DNA of 64,000 nt, from positions 27,158,001 to 27,222,000 of the forward strand of contig CM119372.1 in the NCBI GenBank assembly GCA_051294905.1, read 5' to 3'. Made by a program: the position numbers and the translations under genes. The notes beneath the pieces are model-generated. The model was not told the origin of the DNA. It ran no database searches and saw only the letters and a list, made by a program, of their open reading frames with translations. Of the stretch, positions 1 through 12,867 are shown in pieces (position 1 is the stretch's first letter; each line of letters opens with the position of its first letter). The stretch comes from Botryllus schlosseri (Eukaryota).

Positions 1-1467
1 TAACAATTAGACTTATTTAGGTATATGATGGTCATTTATATTTATTTTCATTGCTAATTTGCCGAGGGTGGTGCCTGGTGTCCATACTAAAAGCAATATA
101 CGTTGCATGAACTAGCGCGCTGCGCGAAGAAAAAATTTTGAATAGCATAAATCTGCTTGAAAATAATATAGTTTATGTTGATTTACGAATAAATTTCAAG
201 CCTACCTCAAGCCTTCAAAATTCCGGACATTTAGGCATATTTTAGAAATTTCTCCCGGACGCAGATTTTTCAGTGAAATTCCGGACATGTCCGGGAAATT
301 CTGGACGTATGGCAACCCTAGTTTAAACCCCCTAAAACAAAAATCATCTGTGAGAGACCCCATTGCTCGCGCTCGTCGAATTTTTTTGTATGCGAGGAAA
401 GATTCTGCCAACATGCAATTGTAGACAAGTTCACGGAGTGTAATCATGGTATTATCATAGAGCATTTTCAAAGTATTTTCGGTCACAGTGATCCATCGGT
501 ACCACCTCTCCCCTACAGTAGTTCATACCTGCATATTTAACGTTTGTATCAGTAGGCGCATTGCGCGCGGCGTGATTTCATAGTTGCAAAATGTTCAATG
601 ACGAATTCATTGAAATCTGGAATACCCATAACGACAGCGCTGAGAATCCTGAGCACATCTACTGTAACTCATCGAGCCTATATCTTTACACATCCCGTTT
701 CTAAGAGAAGTCTCGATGCGCTTTGTGCTGAAACCACGCTTGGATTCTGCGGATGAAATCGGGGTGGTCAATATGATATTAAAAAAGCAATTTACTGCAG
801 CAAAGTTGATAATAAGCGATTTTTCAACTATAGGAATTTTTAAAGTTCACCACTGGTTACTACTTCGCTCAAAAAAGTCACAGACCCCTGCACTTGAGTA
901 AATAGTGGAAGTAGGCTACACGAAGTCAATTTGAGTACGGTACTTAAAAAAGCAGAAATAGGCTACCTTTGTGTCTGACTACCTCTGGAATCAAACAGAA
1001 AACCAAATCGGTAATTCAGAGCTAACATCAGTAGCTTCACAATACTCAGAAGAGTACGAAGAAATAATGAAACTATTTCAACTCTAGACAATGTTATTTT
1101 TCATGAGTAGCACATAAAGTACCCGCATGGAGATTTAATTCCACTAGTTCCTCTCTTGGCTATGAAAAATAGTTGAAGATTTTGTCAGAGCAATCGCTTG
1201 GTGTCTGCTTTCTAAAATTCTTTCAGGGTCCGTCATAGTCATTCAAGCTGTGCCCGTCGTTTTTCCTGAATGCAGCAGAAATGAGCCATGAGCCGTATAC
1301 TTACAACAATTGATCGCAGGTGCCCGCTTTATAAAGTGTCAGGTGAAAATTCAGAACCAACTAACAAAATGATCAATGACACTACAAATTAGGCCATTTT
1401 TTCCAGACGTTATGACGATGTCACTCATGAGCCTGATGGAAACATATCCCAAAACTAATTTTACATT

Positions 1468-1885
1468 AGGGCGGAGATCATAAAGTTAGCTGATCTGGAA
1501 GAATGCTAATCGTCTGATTAAAACTGCTAATCGTACCGCATGAAGTTGGATGAAGGATACTCGCGATTACTCGAGGTGTCCCGTGTTTTCAATCAAAATT
1601 CATTGGTGTTATTTGTTGCATCATTATTGCGAGAACGCATTATTGGCTGTCTATTGCCAATTTTTTGAATGAAACGGCAAGCCGCTGATAAATATACTAC
1701 GACTATCACAGGTAGAATTATCATCGTCATGAAATTAAAGTCATGCGTGATCAGGAGGGTACAGCGAAGAAACGGATCATAGAATATTGGTAAATGTATC
1801 GCTCTGCAATGGTGCGTTCATAATTCGTTGATTGTGTGATTGTTTATTGAAGCCATTACCTCGGACACAATCTTCATTGTCATTA
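1468..1885 (+). mobile_element. Truncated MITE, same family as 17721-18401
   Basis: Starts AGGGCGGAGATCATAAAGTT and is colinear with 17800-18200. Confidence 0.75.
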
Positions 1886-2671
1886 TCGCAGTGTTGAAGG
1901 TTTGAATGAGAAACGATTTCATAATAATTTTGTAACATTTTTTAAAATGTTGCGCTCATAAATTTGTGATTTTGTTCGAAAATATGATGCAACTTGGACA
2001 GGAATCCTCATGAGAATGTTGCTGAAATTGTGCTGAGTTCGGTGCGCGCCTCATTTAGTGGTAGTGTCAAAAGTGGGATTCAGAAACGATGTCACAATAA
2101 TTTTCAAAGACTTCTATAAATTCGTGAATTTCACTTCTGAAGGTGTGATATCGGACACCGTCCTACGCAGGGATTTTGACAAAATTTTGAGGTCTTATCC
2201 ACACCCCTATTATCTAACTCCTCAATATCAAGCATGGGTAGTCTTAGCGATGGGGGGAACACCTAAAAATTCAATATAGGTCTAGCCAGTAACATCCGGA
2301 AGGTATTTTTATATACATAATATTGATTTGTTGAGAAATCACAACAAGTATGAGGTTTTGAAATTCTAGCAAAATCAACCATTCGTGCAACTGTTGAAAT
2401 CGGTTGCACTCTGTGTTAAATGATTTGAAAAATCGAAGTAGGCTACCATAGTGCTATTTCTTCCTCGTAGAGGAATTTCTTCATGCTGGACAAACGAGTA
2501 AAAATTTGTGATATAACAGTGGTTCTCAACTTTTCCACCTCGTGGTCTGGTAAAACTTCAAAACAAATTTTGTGATTGGTGAACCATCAATAATCAAAAT
2601 TAAGTGAAATTTAATCACGTTTATTGCTGCCTTTTTACTAGATATTGATACGTGGTTCCATAAGAGTTTCG

Positions 2672-3347
2672 GACTTCTTCGGTATTCCCCACACATCAAG
2701 AATTGGTCCCCATGAAACCAATAAATGTTTTCCATGAGCATGTGGAATTTAAAAACGTCAAAATAAATTGTTTTTCGCGTTGGGATTTGGGTTGGGGTAG
2801 GGAACGCCGATATTAGGGATGGGGTTAAAGATATTAGGGTTCGGGTGGGAGATATTAGGGTGGGTTAGGATATCCTAAGATTAGGGCTGGGCGTAACGTA
2901 AGATTAAGGTTGGGGGAGGGGGTATTAGGGTTGGTCGGTTGGGGTATGGGTATATTAGGGTTGGGGAATGGGTGGGGGATATTAGGGTATCCCAAGATTA
3001 GGTTTAGGGGAGGGTGAAAAATATTAGGGTGATGGGCGATTGATATTTGGGTTGAGAGTATCGTGTCCCTAACCCTAATCTTGGGATGCCCTAACCCCAA
3101 CTTTGACCCCTACCCACCTATATCAATCACCCCTAACCCTAATCTTGGGATAACCCTACCCCAACTTTGACCCTAACCCACTCCAACCCTTATATCCCCC
3201 TTCCCCAGCCGTAATATCTCCCTGCCTTAACCCTAATATCCGTCTCTCCAAAGATAAAAAACAATTTATTTTGACGTGTCCATGGGAAACATATATAGAT
3301 TTCATGGGAATTACTTCGATGATATGTGGGGCATACCGAAGAAGTTT
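2672..3347. repeat. Fold-back element with a degenerate TTAGGG / CCCTAA core
   Basis: Inverted arms at about 2672-2775 and 3255-3347 enclose a G-rich tract (GATATTAGGGT) followed by a C-rich tract (ACCCTAACCC). Confidence 0.8.
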
Positions 3348-3758
3348 CTACAAGGCAAAACTCGCGAAGTCCTGCTAAAGACCACTAACTTGACCGTGTT
3401 TTTATGTTATAATTTGAAAAAAAGCGACTTCGCTGCTTACTTTAGCCTCTATTACACAGCCAGGTGACGCTTAATTGCACTGTCGGAACTTGTCGAGGTT
3501 TGTGCCCTCTGGACGCTTCCTCAAATTGTGTCATACCTCTTACCTTAATTTTTGGTACCGGTATAAGAGAACAGTAGGAAGCGGGAGTTACATATGATAG
3601 AAAGAGGTCTTATATAGGCTACTACTTTAGCTATCATTACCTTCTGCCGTCAACCTCCAATGCATAGGATATTTCTGTCCTCCAAGACAAAACCGATCCT
3701 TTCAGCGACTACGGTTTCCCCGCCGCCAGCTGAAACCACACATCACTGGTAACAGCAA

Positions 3759-4956
3759 ACTTGGACAACTAGATAATTCTAGTTGTCTAATTTCACTAAA
3801 TTAGAGCGAAATGCAAGTAATCTAATTCTAATATAATTTGTGAAATGTTTCTGTGCTCTAATTCTAATTCTAATCTAATTTGCGAAATGTTCCTATGCTC
3901 TAATTCTAATTCTAATTTAATTTGTCGAATGTTTCTATGCTCTAATTTTAGTTATAATCTAATTTATTGTTTTCCTCAAAAAGCCTCGTTGTCCGCGGCA
4001 TTTTGGAGCGAGTGAACAAGAATATCCCTCTCGAGCAGGGAAATCCAGTGCCAAGCCACCGAAGCCGCCATCGCACTACTTACACCGTGCAATCATAGTA
4101 GTTATTGGGACGAATAATAGCAATACTGGCATAGTAGCTTGTCGTCTGCGAAAAACATCTATTTCGATGACGTTTTGAAAACTTTACGCTAGTACAACGC
4201 GGTGCTCAGTTACATGGGCGATGGGCATGGTTACCACAAAAAAAGTAATTTTATTAAAGAAGTACAAATACAACAAGAAATATTATGATCACGAGCTTCA
4301 TTTTATTTTGAATTATGAGCTGCGCACGATACCTGACCACGCTTATCAGCGACTAATGAATCAATATTGGGGCTAGCCAGACATGGTACTAGCCGAAAGA
4401 CTATTTCATCCTAAAGATTGATCTTGTGGGAAATCCCTAGGCCATTTTTTCAGCGTCTCGGTCTTGGCACTGCATGGGCCATTGCATGGCAAGGCAATAT
4501 GCTCATTGCTTATATCAGCTGACTCTCCATCGATGAAATGCTGTTGCTATCGCCGAAACCGTTTCTGTTAGTGAGGAATAGTGTTGTTGGGCACAGACGA
4601 ATAGCTAATTTTGAAACAACTACATAAATTGAAAATGAAATAAATTTCAGCATTTCAAAATTCCTTACTTCGCGTTCTTGTTCCAAACTCACAAATCAGA
4701 TCGTTGACCACATGTGGCCTGCGTGTTGGTGACCCCTGGTATAGTATAAAACAAGCCAAGCTTGATGTACAGACGTTAACCGTTCTCATGTATATGGGAA
4801 TTGGGAATGCACAGTGACTTGATATGAACTGAACTTCATTTTTGCTGTGTTTATTTCTCATTCACAATTTCATTCAATTTCCAAGTTTTTGCGAATTCAG
4901 TAATTCTAATTCTAATCTAATTTGAAAAAGTAGAAAATTTTGTAGTTGTCCAAGTC
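3759..4956. mobile_element. MITE with ACTTGGACAACTA termini and CTAATT subterminal repeats, containing a nested fragment (about 4213-4737) of the 37602 family
   Basis: ACTTGGACAACTA ... TAGTTGTCCAAGT termini; the internal segment is colinear with 37790-38273. Confidence 0.75.
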
Positions 4957-6371
4957 TGGGTCACAGAGCTTACAGATTACTAACCGGGTACGGCTACGGA
5001 GCCGTCGGCATCGGAGAAATTTAACGGGCCCCGTGGCGATTATTGTATATATCAGCTGACATCGATATTCATGCGAGGAGAATATGCCAACAAAAATATT
5101 TTGTTTCAAAGTGATATTTCATCGATGCTGTAATAAACACGAAACTGAATACAAATATGTTGTCTTTCCGTTTCATGGAATTATGAATAGACGATTCCCA
5201 GGTCTCTGGTCACAGTAGTGTATGACTGGCCAAAATCACGACCAGCCACATTTTGCTCCACTGACGAGGTTATTCGCCGACGTTTCTGAATCCCACGCCA
5301 TTGAAATTTAGGGAACCACGTATAGAAAAGGTGAATAAATATAAGTTTATGCTAATATCCTGTAAGTTCAGATTGGAACTGTAAAGAATTGGTGGAAAAC
5401 CGCAGGGGTGGCATGTCTGGAAAACAGTAAAGACAATTTGTCCACTTTATGGTTATTTTGCTAATAGAAGATGAAGCTAGATTGAATCTACATATGTAAC
5501 ATCTTAACCTTCGCGAAGCCTGTAAATAAAGCGGAATAACTGCGGGTTGTAGCTGGAGTAGCAAAATCATCAAGTTGGCCCCCTTAAGCGCATTCTGCAA
5601 AGTTGACCGGAATGGGACGTGTTATTCGCATATGTTGATATCAGAATAAGGTCACTTGAGTAACTCATACTTCAGAACCTGTTTACTGTAGTATCATGTC
5701 ATTCGACGCATTGATTTTTCTAGTTTGACCATTGATCCAACTGAAATTGAAGCTGTTTGATGGTATCATTCGCCCGTTTTAGCTTTTCATCCACTGTCAA
5801 ATCTTCAGCAAAATATGCGTGATCGATTAATATGTTTGTTGCAGGTGACAATAATGACGCTGTAGAGAAGAGGTCACCAACACGCGGCCCGCGATCCGAT
5901 TTCAGATTAACGCCAAGTAAAGCATTTTAAAATGCTGGAATCATCACTATTCCTCACTAGCTGAAACAGCATCGGCGATGGCAACAGCATTTCATCGATG
6001 GAGAGTCAGCTGATATAAGCAATGAGCATATTGCCTTGCCATGCAATGGCCCATGCAGTGCCAAGATCAAGGATAATCCGAGGATTATCATCGAAAAACT
6101 AACATAACTCCGCTTCTACTGGTCAGAATTGAGTCAAATTTGTTTTGCATCGTCTTTGAAGACAGCTCAACATTTTGATATGGTTGGCAAAAATATTTGA
6201 ATTTTTGTTTTTAAAATTTCCCCAAACAAATTACAAATTTGAATTGGATCTGCGGAGTCTTATACTTGTTAGAATTGAACTAAATTTGGTGTGCAGCGTT
6301 TTTCAGATTAACCTGACAATTTAATCAGTGAATGGCTGGAATCTGGGAAAAAAAGTTATTTCCGAACAGCC

Positions 6372-6726
6372 CTACCATACCATACGTCCTCATTTAGGAG
6401 GATCTATCCTCCTTTTTCGGGTTTTTGAAAATGCCCTCTGAGGACGCCTAAATGTCCTCCTTTTTGAGATTTCGTCCTCTTTTTTTAGAATTTTGAGTTA
6501 AACACGTAGCAAAATTCGACCGAGATACCATAAAATAGCACTGAACTGACGCTTAGGCGGGACTGGCGGGTATTTCGGGAGCTGAGCGAAAGTTGACCGT
6601 TTTTTAGTCAACCGACTGCGAAGTGAGAGAAATTGACTAATTTTTTTGGATTTTCCTCCGGTATTCCAAGTTTAAAAATTTTGACAAAGTGTCCTCCTTT
6701 CCTGATTCCAAAATATGGTAACCCTA
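6372..6726. mobile_element. MITE of the TAGGGTT(G/A)CCATA family
   Basis: Ends TATGGTAACCCTA and has GTCCTC subterminal repeats. Relatives at about 200-320, 7354-7452 and 9154-9500. Confidence 0.7.
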
Positions 6727-6727
6727 C

Positions 6728-6989
6728 GTAATGGTGAAGCGTCCGGCTTCTTGATCGGTACCGGTAGGTCGTGGGCTCGATCCCTGGCAGGGTCAGATCA
6801 AAGACGTGATTATTAACATTGGTATCCATGTCTTCCCCGCTTGGCGCTCATGCATTACAGAGATACCATGGAGGGGAGGTGCAAGACCAAGAAAGCCGTA
6901 CAAGGCTATATCTGCACCTTCCTTGTCCAGCGGCATAAGCACATCATCCACTCATGGTATGCATATGCACAGATCGTGTGTATGTAAAT
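6728..6989 (+). mobile_element. tRNA-derived SINE, apparently resuming at about 9982 after a nested insertion
   Basis: Pol III A-box-like GTAATGGTGAAGCG and B-box-like GGGCTCGATCCC followed by a non-tRNA body. Confidence 0.6.
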
Positions 6990-9981
6990 TAGGGATGGTG
7001 TGAACCTCTGAAAGGTTCAGGTTTGCTGAATGCTTGCCTATTTGAAAGGTTCTGTGTGAACGCGAACGTGAACCTCATGGCGTCATGTGACGTCATGTTG
7101 CTGATTTCAAGCCTACATTTCAAGGAATTGATGTATTAATGTACGCAGGTACACGTTACCTACAGCGACAGCTCGGGCCACTTTATGCCAAAATGATGAA
7201 GTACATACTGGGGTTTTAACCGTCGCCAAATGTATAAACTAGACTAGAGCAATCAAATGATATAATAATCCCATAAAATCAATATCTTTCTTCACTTTGC
7301 CAATAATTTGGACGAGGACCTGCAAGGAAACATATAAGCTTACGACTTAACGGTAGGGTTACCATATTTGGGAAATCTGAAAAGAGGTTACTTTTTCAAA
7401 ATTTTCAAACTTGCGATACCGGATGAAATCCTGAGGACGTATGGTAACCCTACTTAACGGTCTAGGCGAGACCAGACAATGTATTCGGCGTCTGAGTATT
7501 GCTACATTGATATTGAGCAGAGTGTAAAACGGGTTTCTATAGCAGTGGTTCTCAACCTTTTTCACCTCGCGGACCGGTAAAATTTCAAAAAATATTCGGC
7601 GGACCGGTTGACTTTCAAAAATTGAAATCAACCCTAAATGTAACGTATACAACTGTTTGTGCAAGCATATGGTGCGTAAGTGACATTTTGAGGGTTTTGA
7701 TCAGTGGTTCCCAAACTTTTTCGGTGTGAGGGCCAAATTTAGAATTTCAGAGTATACGGTCGGGGCCGCACGAATACTACGGCTATGAAACGGAACCAAA
7801 CAGTCATCATGGTTATATCGGAGTAGTTTTATTGCCCTGGCGAGATTTCAAAACTGAACACTGTTTATTGCTACTTATCTGCGGCATTGGGTGTCCGTTG
7901 AGTGAATCAGCTTTTCTCGCCTAAACGCGCGAAGCGCGAGAAATTTCTTTAGTTTCATGACTGAATCGGTCAATATGATCGGGAATGGCATGTATTGCTA
8001 TCAATTTTCATCCTGTCTCTGTTCACGCAATCTGATTTACCGGTAGAGCTGAGTGAGGTGTGTTTGAAAAGGTATAGGCCCCTCAATAGTAATTAAACAT
8101 CTCCGGGGGGTATACCCGTTGGCAGGAACGTAGCAGCACTTCTTCAGGACCCCGGGCTCCCATATGGCGATAAACTGACCCCGCATCACGTTGTTCGCTT
8201 TTGCCAAGAAATTGAAGTTGTGCTGTTTAGTGAGACAGCGCGACGCGCGAATATGTCGATAATTCATAATAAAATCGATGAATAAGATCGGGAATTGCAT
8301 GGTTGTCCTCTTTGCCCACGTAATCAGATTTACCGGTAGAGCTGAGTGAGAGGTGTCTTTGAAACTGCAGACCCCGTAAAATTAAACATCTTCGGGCGGG
8401 TGAACGAACCCCTAGGTATGACTTCTTTACATGATATTATTTCGTGACCTCCTGTCTGCTATATCAAAAAATGCAGAATTGCCCAAACCTACTAAACTGA
8501 AAGATCACACGATTTCAGATTGGTATTTCTTCACTGGCATATAATTTTCTTTCCTGCGAGATGGTATTTGTCTTGTGAGGTTCAGATTGCCAAGACAAGA
8601 ACATTCGGCGCCAGTCATTTAGGCGCCTATATGGACAATTAAACCTATATTTATTTCGTATATATAAAGAAGTTATTCGTATTTCGAAGTTTTTGGTCAG
8701 CATAAATGTGGTCCTTTACGGCCAACGCTTTCTCGCTGCCGATCGTTCTGACACACTTCTTGGAGTCACATGTTATATGGCTTAAAACTTTGTCTTAGTG
8801 CGGTCATGGCCAACGCTGATATGCCCATTTCTATAAATCTTGCGTATTTTTTCTCGGGGAAGAGTACCCAATAATCAAGATATGTGGCGAATTGAAATCG
8901 CGCCTAGCGCGAAAAAGTTTCGAAAAAGTTGCATAAATGGTCAAAAAATACTTATGCTAATAATTTATGCTACTTCACGAAATAATTTTAGGCCCTTTTC
9001 GAGCTCGACCCCCTCAATTGGGGGGTTTGGGTTGCGGCAGTTACGGCCCTGACTATAGGACTAACAATTATGCTGCTTTTAGCCGGCTAAGCATTATGCA
9101 ATATGCATCTCGACATATTCAGCCATGACTCACGTGTTGCACATCTAGTTATCATAGGGTTGCCATGCGTCCTCTTTTAAGATGATTTGTCCTCTTTTTT
9201 GATTTTTTTAAAAGTGTCCTCTGATGACGCTCATATGTCTTCTTTTTTGAGGATTTTGGTTACATATATGGCAAAATTCGAGTGATATACATTAAGTCAG
9301 CACTGTAGAAACGCTACGGCGGCTATTTCGGGAGCTGGACCGGAAAGTTAACCTTTTTTTTCCGTCAACCACCTGTTAATGTGAAAGAAAAACTGTATTT
9401 TCCGGGAGTTGAGCCTCTTTTTCTTTTTTGGTCAAGCGACCACGAAGTGGGAAAAATTTACCAGGTTTTCAGGATTTTCCTTCAGTTTTGAAAGTTATCA
9501 ATACCTATTTATATCTATAGCTACTGCTCGTTCAACTGGAAGGTTAGGGCACATTGCATTGAAACAGCAGTGACGTAACGTTAGCACTCTATACTCACAA
9601 CTTTCCTGAAATTCTATAATTAAAAACTACAGAGGCCAAGCCAAGCAAGAGTATTTTATAAATATAATTTATTTTTTAATAAATCGATTTCTCAACATAT
9701 TTTGGGGACCGCAAGAAGGCTATCTGGGGGCCGCGCTTGGGAATCACTGGTTTTGATCGTACTTGAATATGTTTATGATGCTGGCATCCATATGAATTTA
9801 CGGTAGTGATTCTGACGAGTTGGGGTATAATTGCATTGCCCACATAAATTTGCTGCCGCCGGGAGTCGTTTACAATCTTTCGCGCCGAACCTACCAAGGT
9901 TCGTTTGTGAACGTGAATCTCTAAATTCATGAGGTTCACAGACAGAACGCGAACGTGAACCTCACGTTCACATCATCCCTA
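6990..9981. mobile_element. hAT MITE (TAGGGATG termini, GTGAAC repeats) expanded by nested insertions
   Basis: Both ends match the intact copy at 24081-25063. Confidence 0.85.
7354..7452. mobile_element. 99-bp hAT MITE with 8-bp TSD CTTAACGG
   Basis: TIR TAGGGTTACCATA / TATGGTAACCCTA. The empty site is visible in the paralogous copy near 24427. Confidence 0.92.
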
Positions 9982-10556
9982 GTATACATGTCATGAGTCG
10001 GTGTATATGCCGCAAAGAAAACATCAAGGACAAAAATAAACTACATTCTTCCCTTTCCTTTGGCTTGCTTACTTTAGTGCTTATATTTTTAGACTACTTC
10101 CAAATCTACTTCTAAGTACTTAAGCAGGTTTTTCAACTTAGAGAAGTTAGTCGAGTGGTCATCATTTTAGTCTAGGGTGCTACTTATACTGAGCAGTGTT
10201 CAGTTTTCTAGGCAAAAAAACGCACTAAAAATATTCACTTTTGGACTTACACATGGAAATCTCTACTTGTTCTAGTTACTGTGTCCTTTTCCTTTTTGCC
10301 CCTATTGGCCGTTGAGTTGATCTTTTTTTCGCGTCGTATAAATTAAAATAAATTGGAATAAACCGTCATCAAGTGTATTTTTGACCATCACAGTTTTTTT
10401 TTTGTGGTAAATATGGTGTTTGTCGACTACTATGGTCATTTACACCGGGCCGATATTTTTCATTTTTTTCGTAACTGCCGACTTATAGCAGGGCCCACTT
10501 CTAGGCTTTTTGTAAGACACCGTTTACGCAGATGAGGTGGCGCGGAGTGGCTAGAT

Positions 10557-11091
10557 CAGGGTTGCAATGATTCAAGTCATGACTCGACTCGAGTCCGAAT
10601 TGAGTCACGATTTTTTGATGACTCGACTTGACTCGAGTCATTTTCTCAATATACAGCAATGACTCGAATCGATTTGTGTATTGGATCGAATTGGACTCGA
10701 TCCAAGTCATATGATTCGAGACTCAGACGGCCAAGATCGAAATTTCATTGTAATTTCAAAGAATAGTAAAGGTACAACACTATTGGGATTTGGTCTATCG
10801 GAAATGGTACTTGAAAATGCGACTAGAAACTGCTAAAAGTGTGGAAAATTAGAATATTATAAATGAAAAACATTCGATATCCCCAAACAGAAAAGTGGGT
10901 TTTACAAGACTTTAACTGGAAACTGAGCAGTCAACACAATGACTTGGACTCGGACTCGACCCTCTACTCGTTGACTCGGACTCGGACTCGACTCGTTGAT
11001 GAATTGAAAATGAGTCGACTTGATTCGAGTCAAAACTATTAAAGTGAGATTGATTTGTAACTCGGAGCCTTGTGACCTGGTTACAACCCTG
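10557..11091. mobile_element. hAT MITE with GACTC-rich subtermini, inserted into a SINE
   Basis: TIR CAGGGTTGCAA / TTACAACCCTG with imperfect TSD GGCTAGAT / GCATAGAT. Confidence 0.8.
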
Positions 11092-11099
11092 GCATAGAT

Positions 11100-11207
11100 A
11101 AACCACCAACACTTAGGTAGGAATTCTGGAGTCGACCTCGGTAGGACTCAAACGTACAACCCATTGGTGTTGCAGCTGTGGATATTATACCACTCCGCTA
11201 TCTCGCC
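11100..11207 (-). mobile_element. tRNA-derived SINE head; second copy at about 32925-33105
   Basis: The two loci share ATTCTGGAGT(C/T)GACCT...GGACTCAAAC...TACC(A/G)CT(C/G)C(G/A)CTA, which reads as reverse A and B boxes. Confidence 0.6.
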
Positions 11208-12206
11208 TCGTATTCTTTGTATATATAGGATTGCTGGATAACGACAAGGCACTGTTGTCACGAAACGACTTGTTACATCGTTTCCTGTTTGGCCGGGATA
11301 TTACCGCGTGACATAGCATTCTGAAACCATTTTCTCACGTATGCATTTCCAAAAGGATTGATTGCTTCGTTTCAAGTTGCATAGTGCACATAGATGGGGA
11401 TATTCAAGTTAATCGTTCAATACGGTATAGTACGCGTATATATTTATCAGAATTTGCAGTTATGCAAAACTATATTTAAGCGATGTGTTTCGTAACGAAG
11501 TCTATATAGTGTGGCCAAGTATTCCTGCAATAGTATTCCTGCAATTTGAATATTAGTTAAGAATAAAGCAGAATTATCATAAGGTATTATTACAAGAACT
11601 GTCCGCGACTACTTTGTAACTTAATGTATCACTCCTTTGTAGACGAAATAATATGCCGGGAAATTATGAACTGATTACATAGGCGCATGGTGGGCTACTT
11701 TTGTGAAATTGTTATTCGCCGCATGTTTTGTAGAACGAGGGCCATGAAGTTTTACATCGCTTATAAACACAGCTGACAATAGATATAAAATAAATATATG
11801 ATAAGCCTTTTCGACGTCGTAAAAATGTCGCTCGCGAGCCTGCTTTTGAGGTTTCTAGTCTGATAGCTCATTAGACATATTACGACGATACAATACGACC
11901 ATTAGGAAAAATCTGGTGACCATACCAATGACATTACTGCGCACGTCCACATGTTGATAGGCAAGAAAATGGAGACTTGGTTGAAAATATACCACATAGC
12001 ACAAGATTGCGTGCGAATCAATTATTTACACTTTTGATAATATTCGTACTATTAATAGGAGAGCCAATAAATATTCCGCTCACGCATTAACAGAAAGTGG
12101 ACCTAATACCGACTTCTCTTACCTTAGAAGGCAGATATGGCAAATACGATTTCAATCATGGTTTACAAAAATTACATACTCCTCATGATAAAATGATGGC
12201 ATAGAC

Positions 12207-12601
12207 GAGTGGTTCCCAACGTGGGCGATATCGCCCCCCAGGAGGCGATTTGGCGGCCTAGGGGGGCGTAAATGACGAATGGGGCGATAGGGGGCGAAAA
12301 TGGACAAAGGGGGCGACAGGGGGCGAAAATAGCGAAGGGGGCGATAGGGGGGCGATGACGCGTTAAAACGGCTATATTGGAGTCAAGTCGGAGAAATGAC
12401 ATTTTTTTTAGTCAACCCACGGAAATTTAGTTGCATAAGTGTAAAATTCGACAATGAGATGAAAAGTTTACCTTTTTTTTAGTCAGCCCGCCGATGATTA
12501 CAGTTTGTATACCGATTTTCCGGTTCACAAAATCTGGGGGGCGATGATCGGCGTCGAGCTTGAAAAGGGGGCGATGAGTCGAAAAAGGTTGGGAACCACT
12601 G
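12207..12601. mobile_element. hAT MITE with GGGGCGA repeats and 8-bp TSD GCATAGAC
   Basis: TIR AGTGGTTCCCAAC / GTTGGGAACCACT with an exact TSD. Confidence 0.92.
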
Positions 12602-12809
12602 GCATAGACGAATTACGAATGTCCACGTAGAGTATGCAGAACATTTTTGCAGCAAAACGTTTTGACTTTAGCTTATCTATTGTTTTTCTTGGTGTTTTCT
12701 CGCCGATATCGAGAACGGAAAAACATCGACATTAAAAGTGTGGTATTCTGTAACATCCGATTACCAATTGAAAGTAAATGTTGTTGCACTTTCATTTCCC
12801 AGAGCGATA

Positions 12810-12867
12810 ATGTGTTGGATATATTTTCTCGGATTGCTCATGATCATAACTCTACCCATCATGCATG
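12810..12867 (+). CDS. GPCR first coding exon (signal peptide)
   Basis: ATG followed by hydrophobic MCWIYFLGLLMIITLPIMH and a strong donor G|GTAAGA. Phase 1 matches the exon at 17555. Confidence 0.7.

Noticed and set aside
2855..3100. Pro/Asn-rich ORF
   Set aside because: Translation of the telomere-like repeat.
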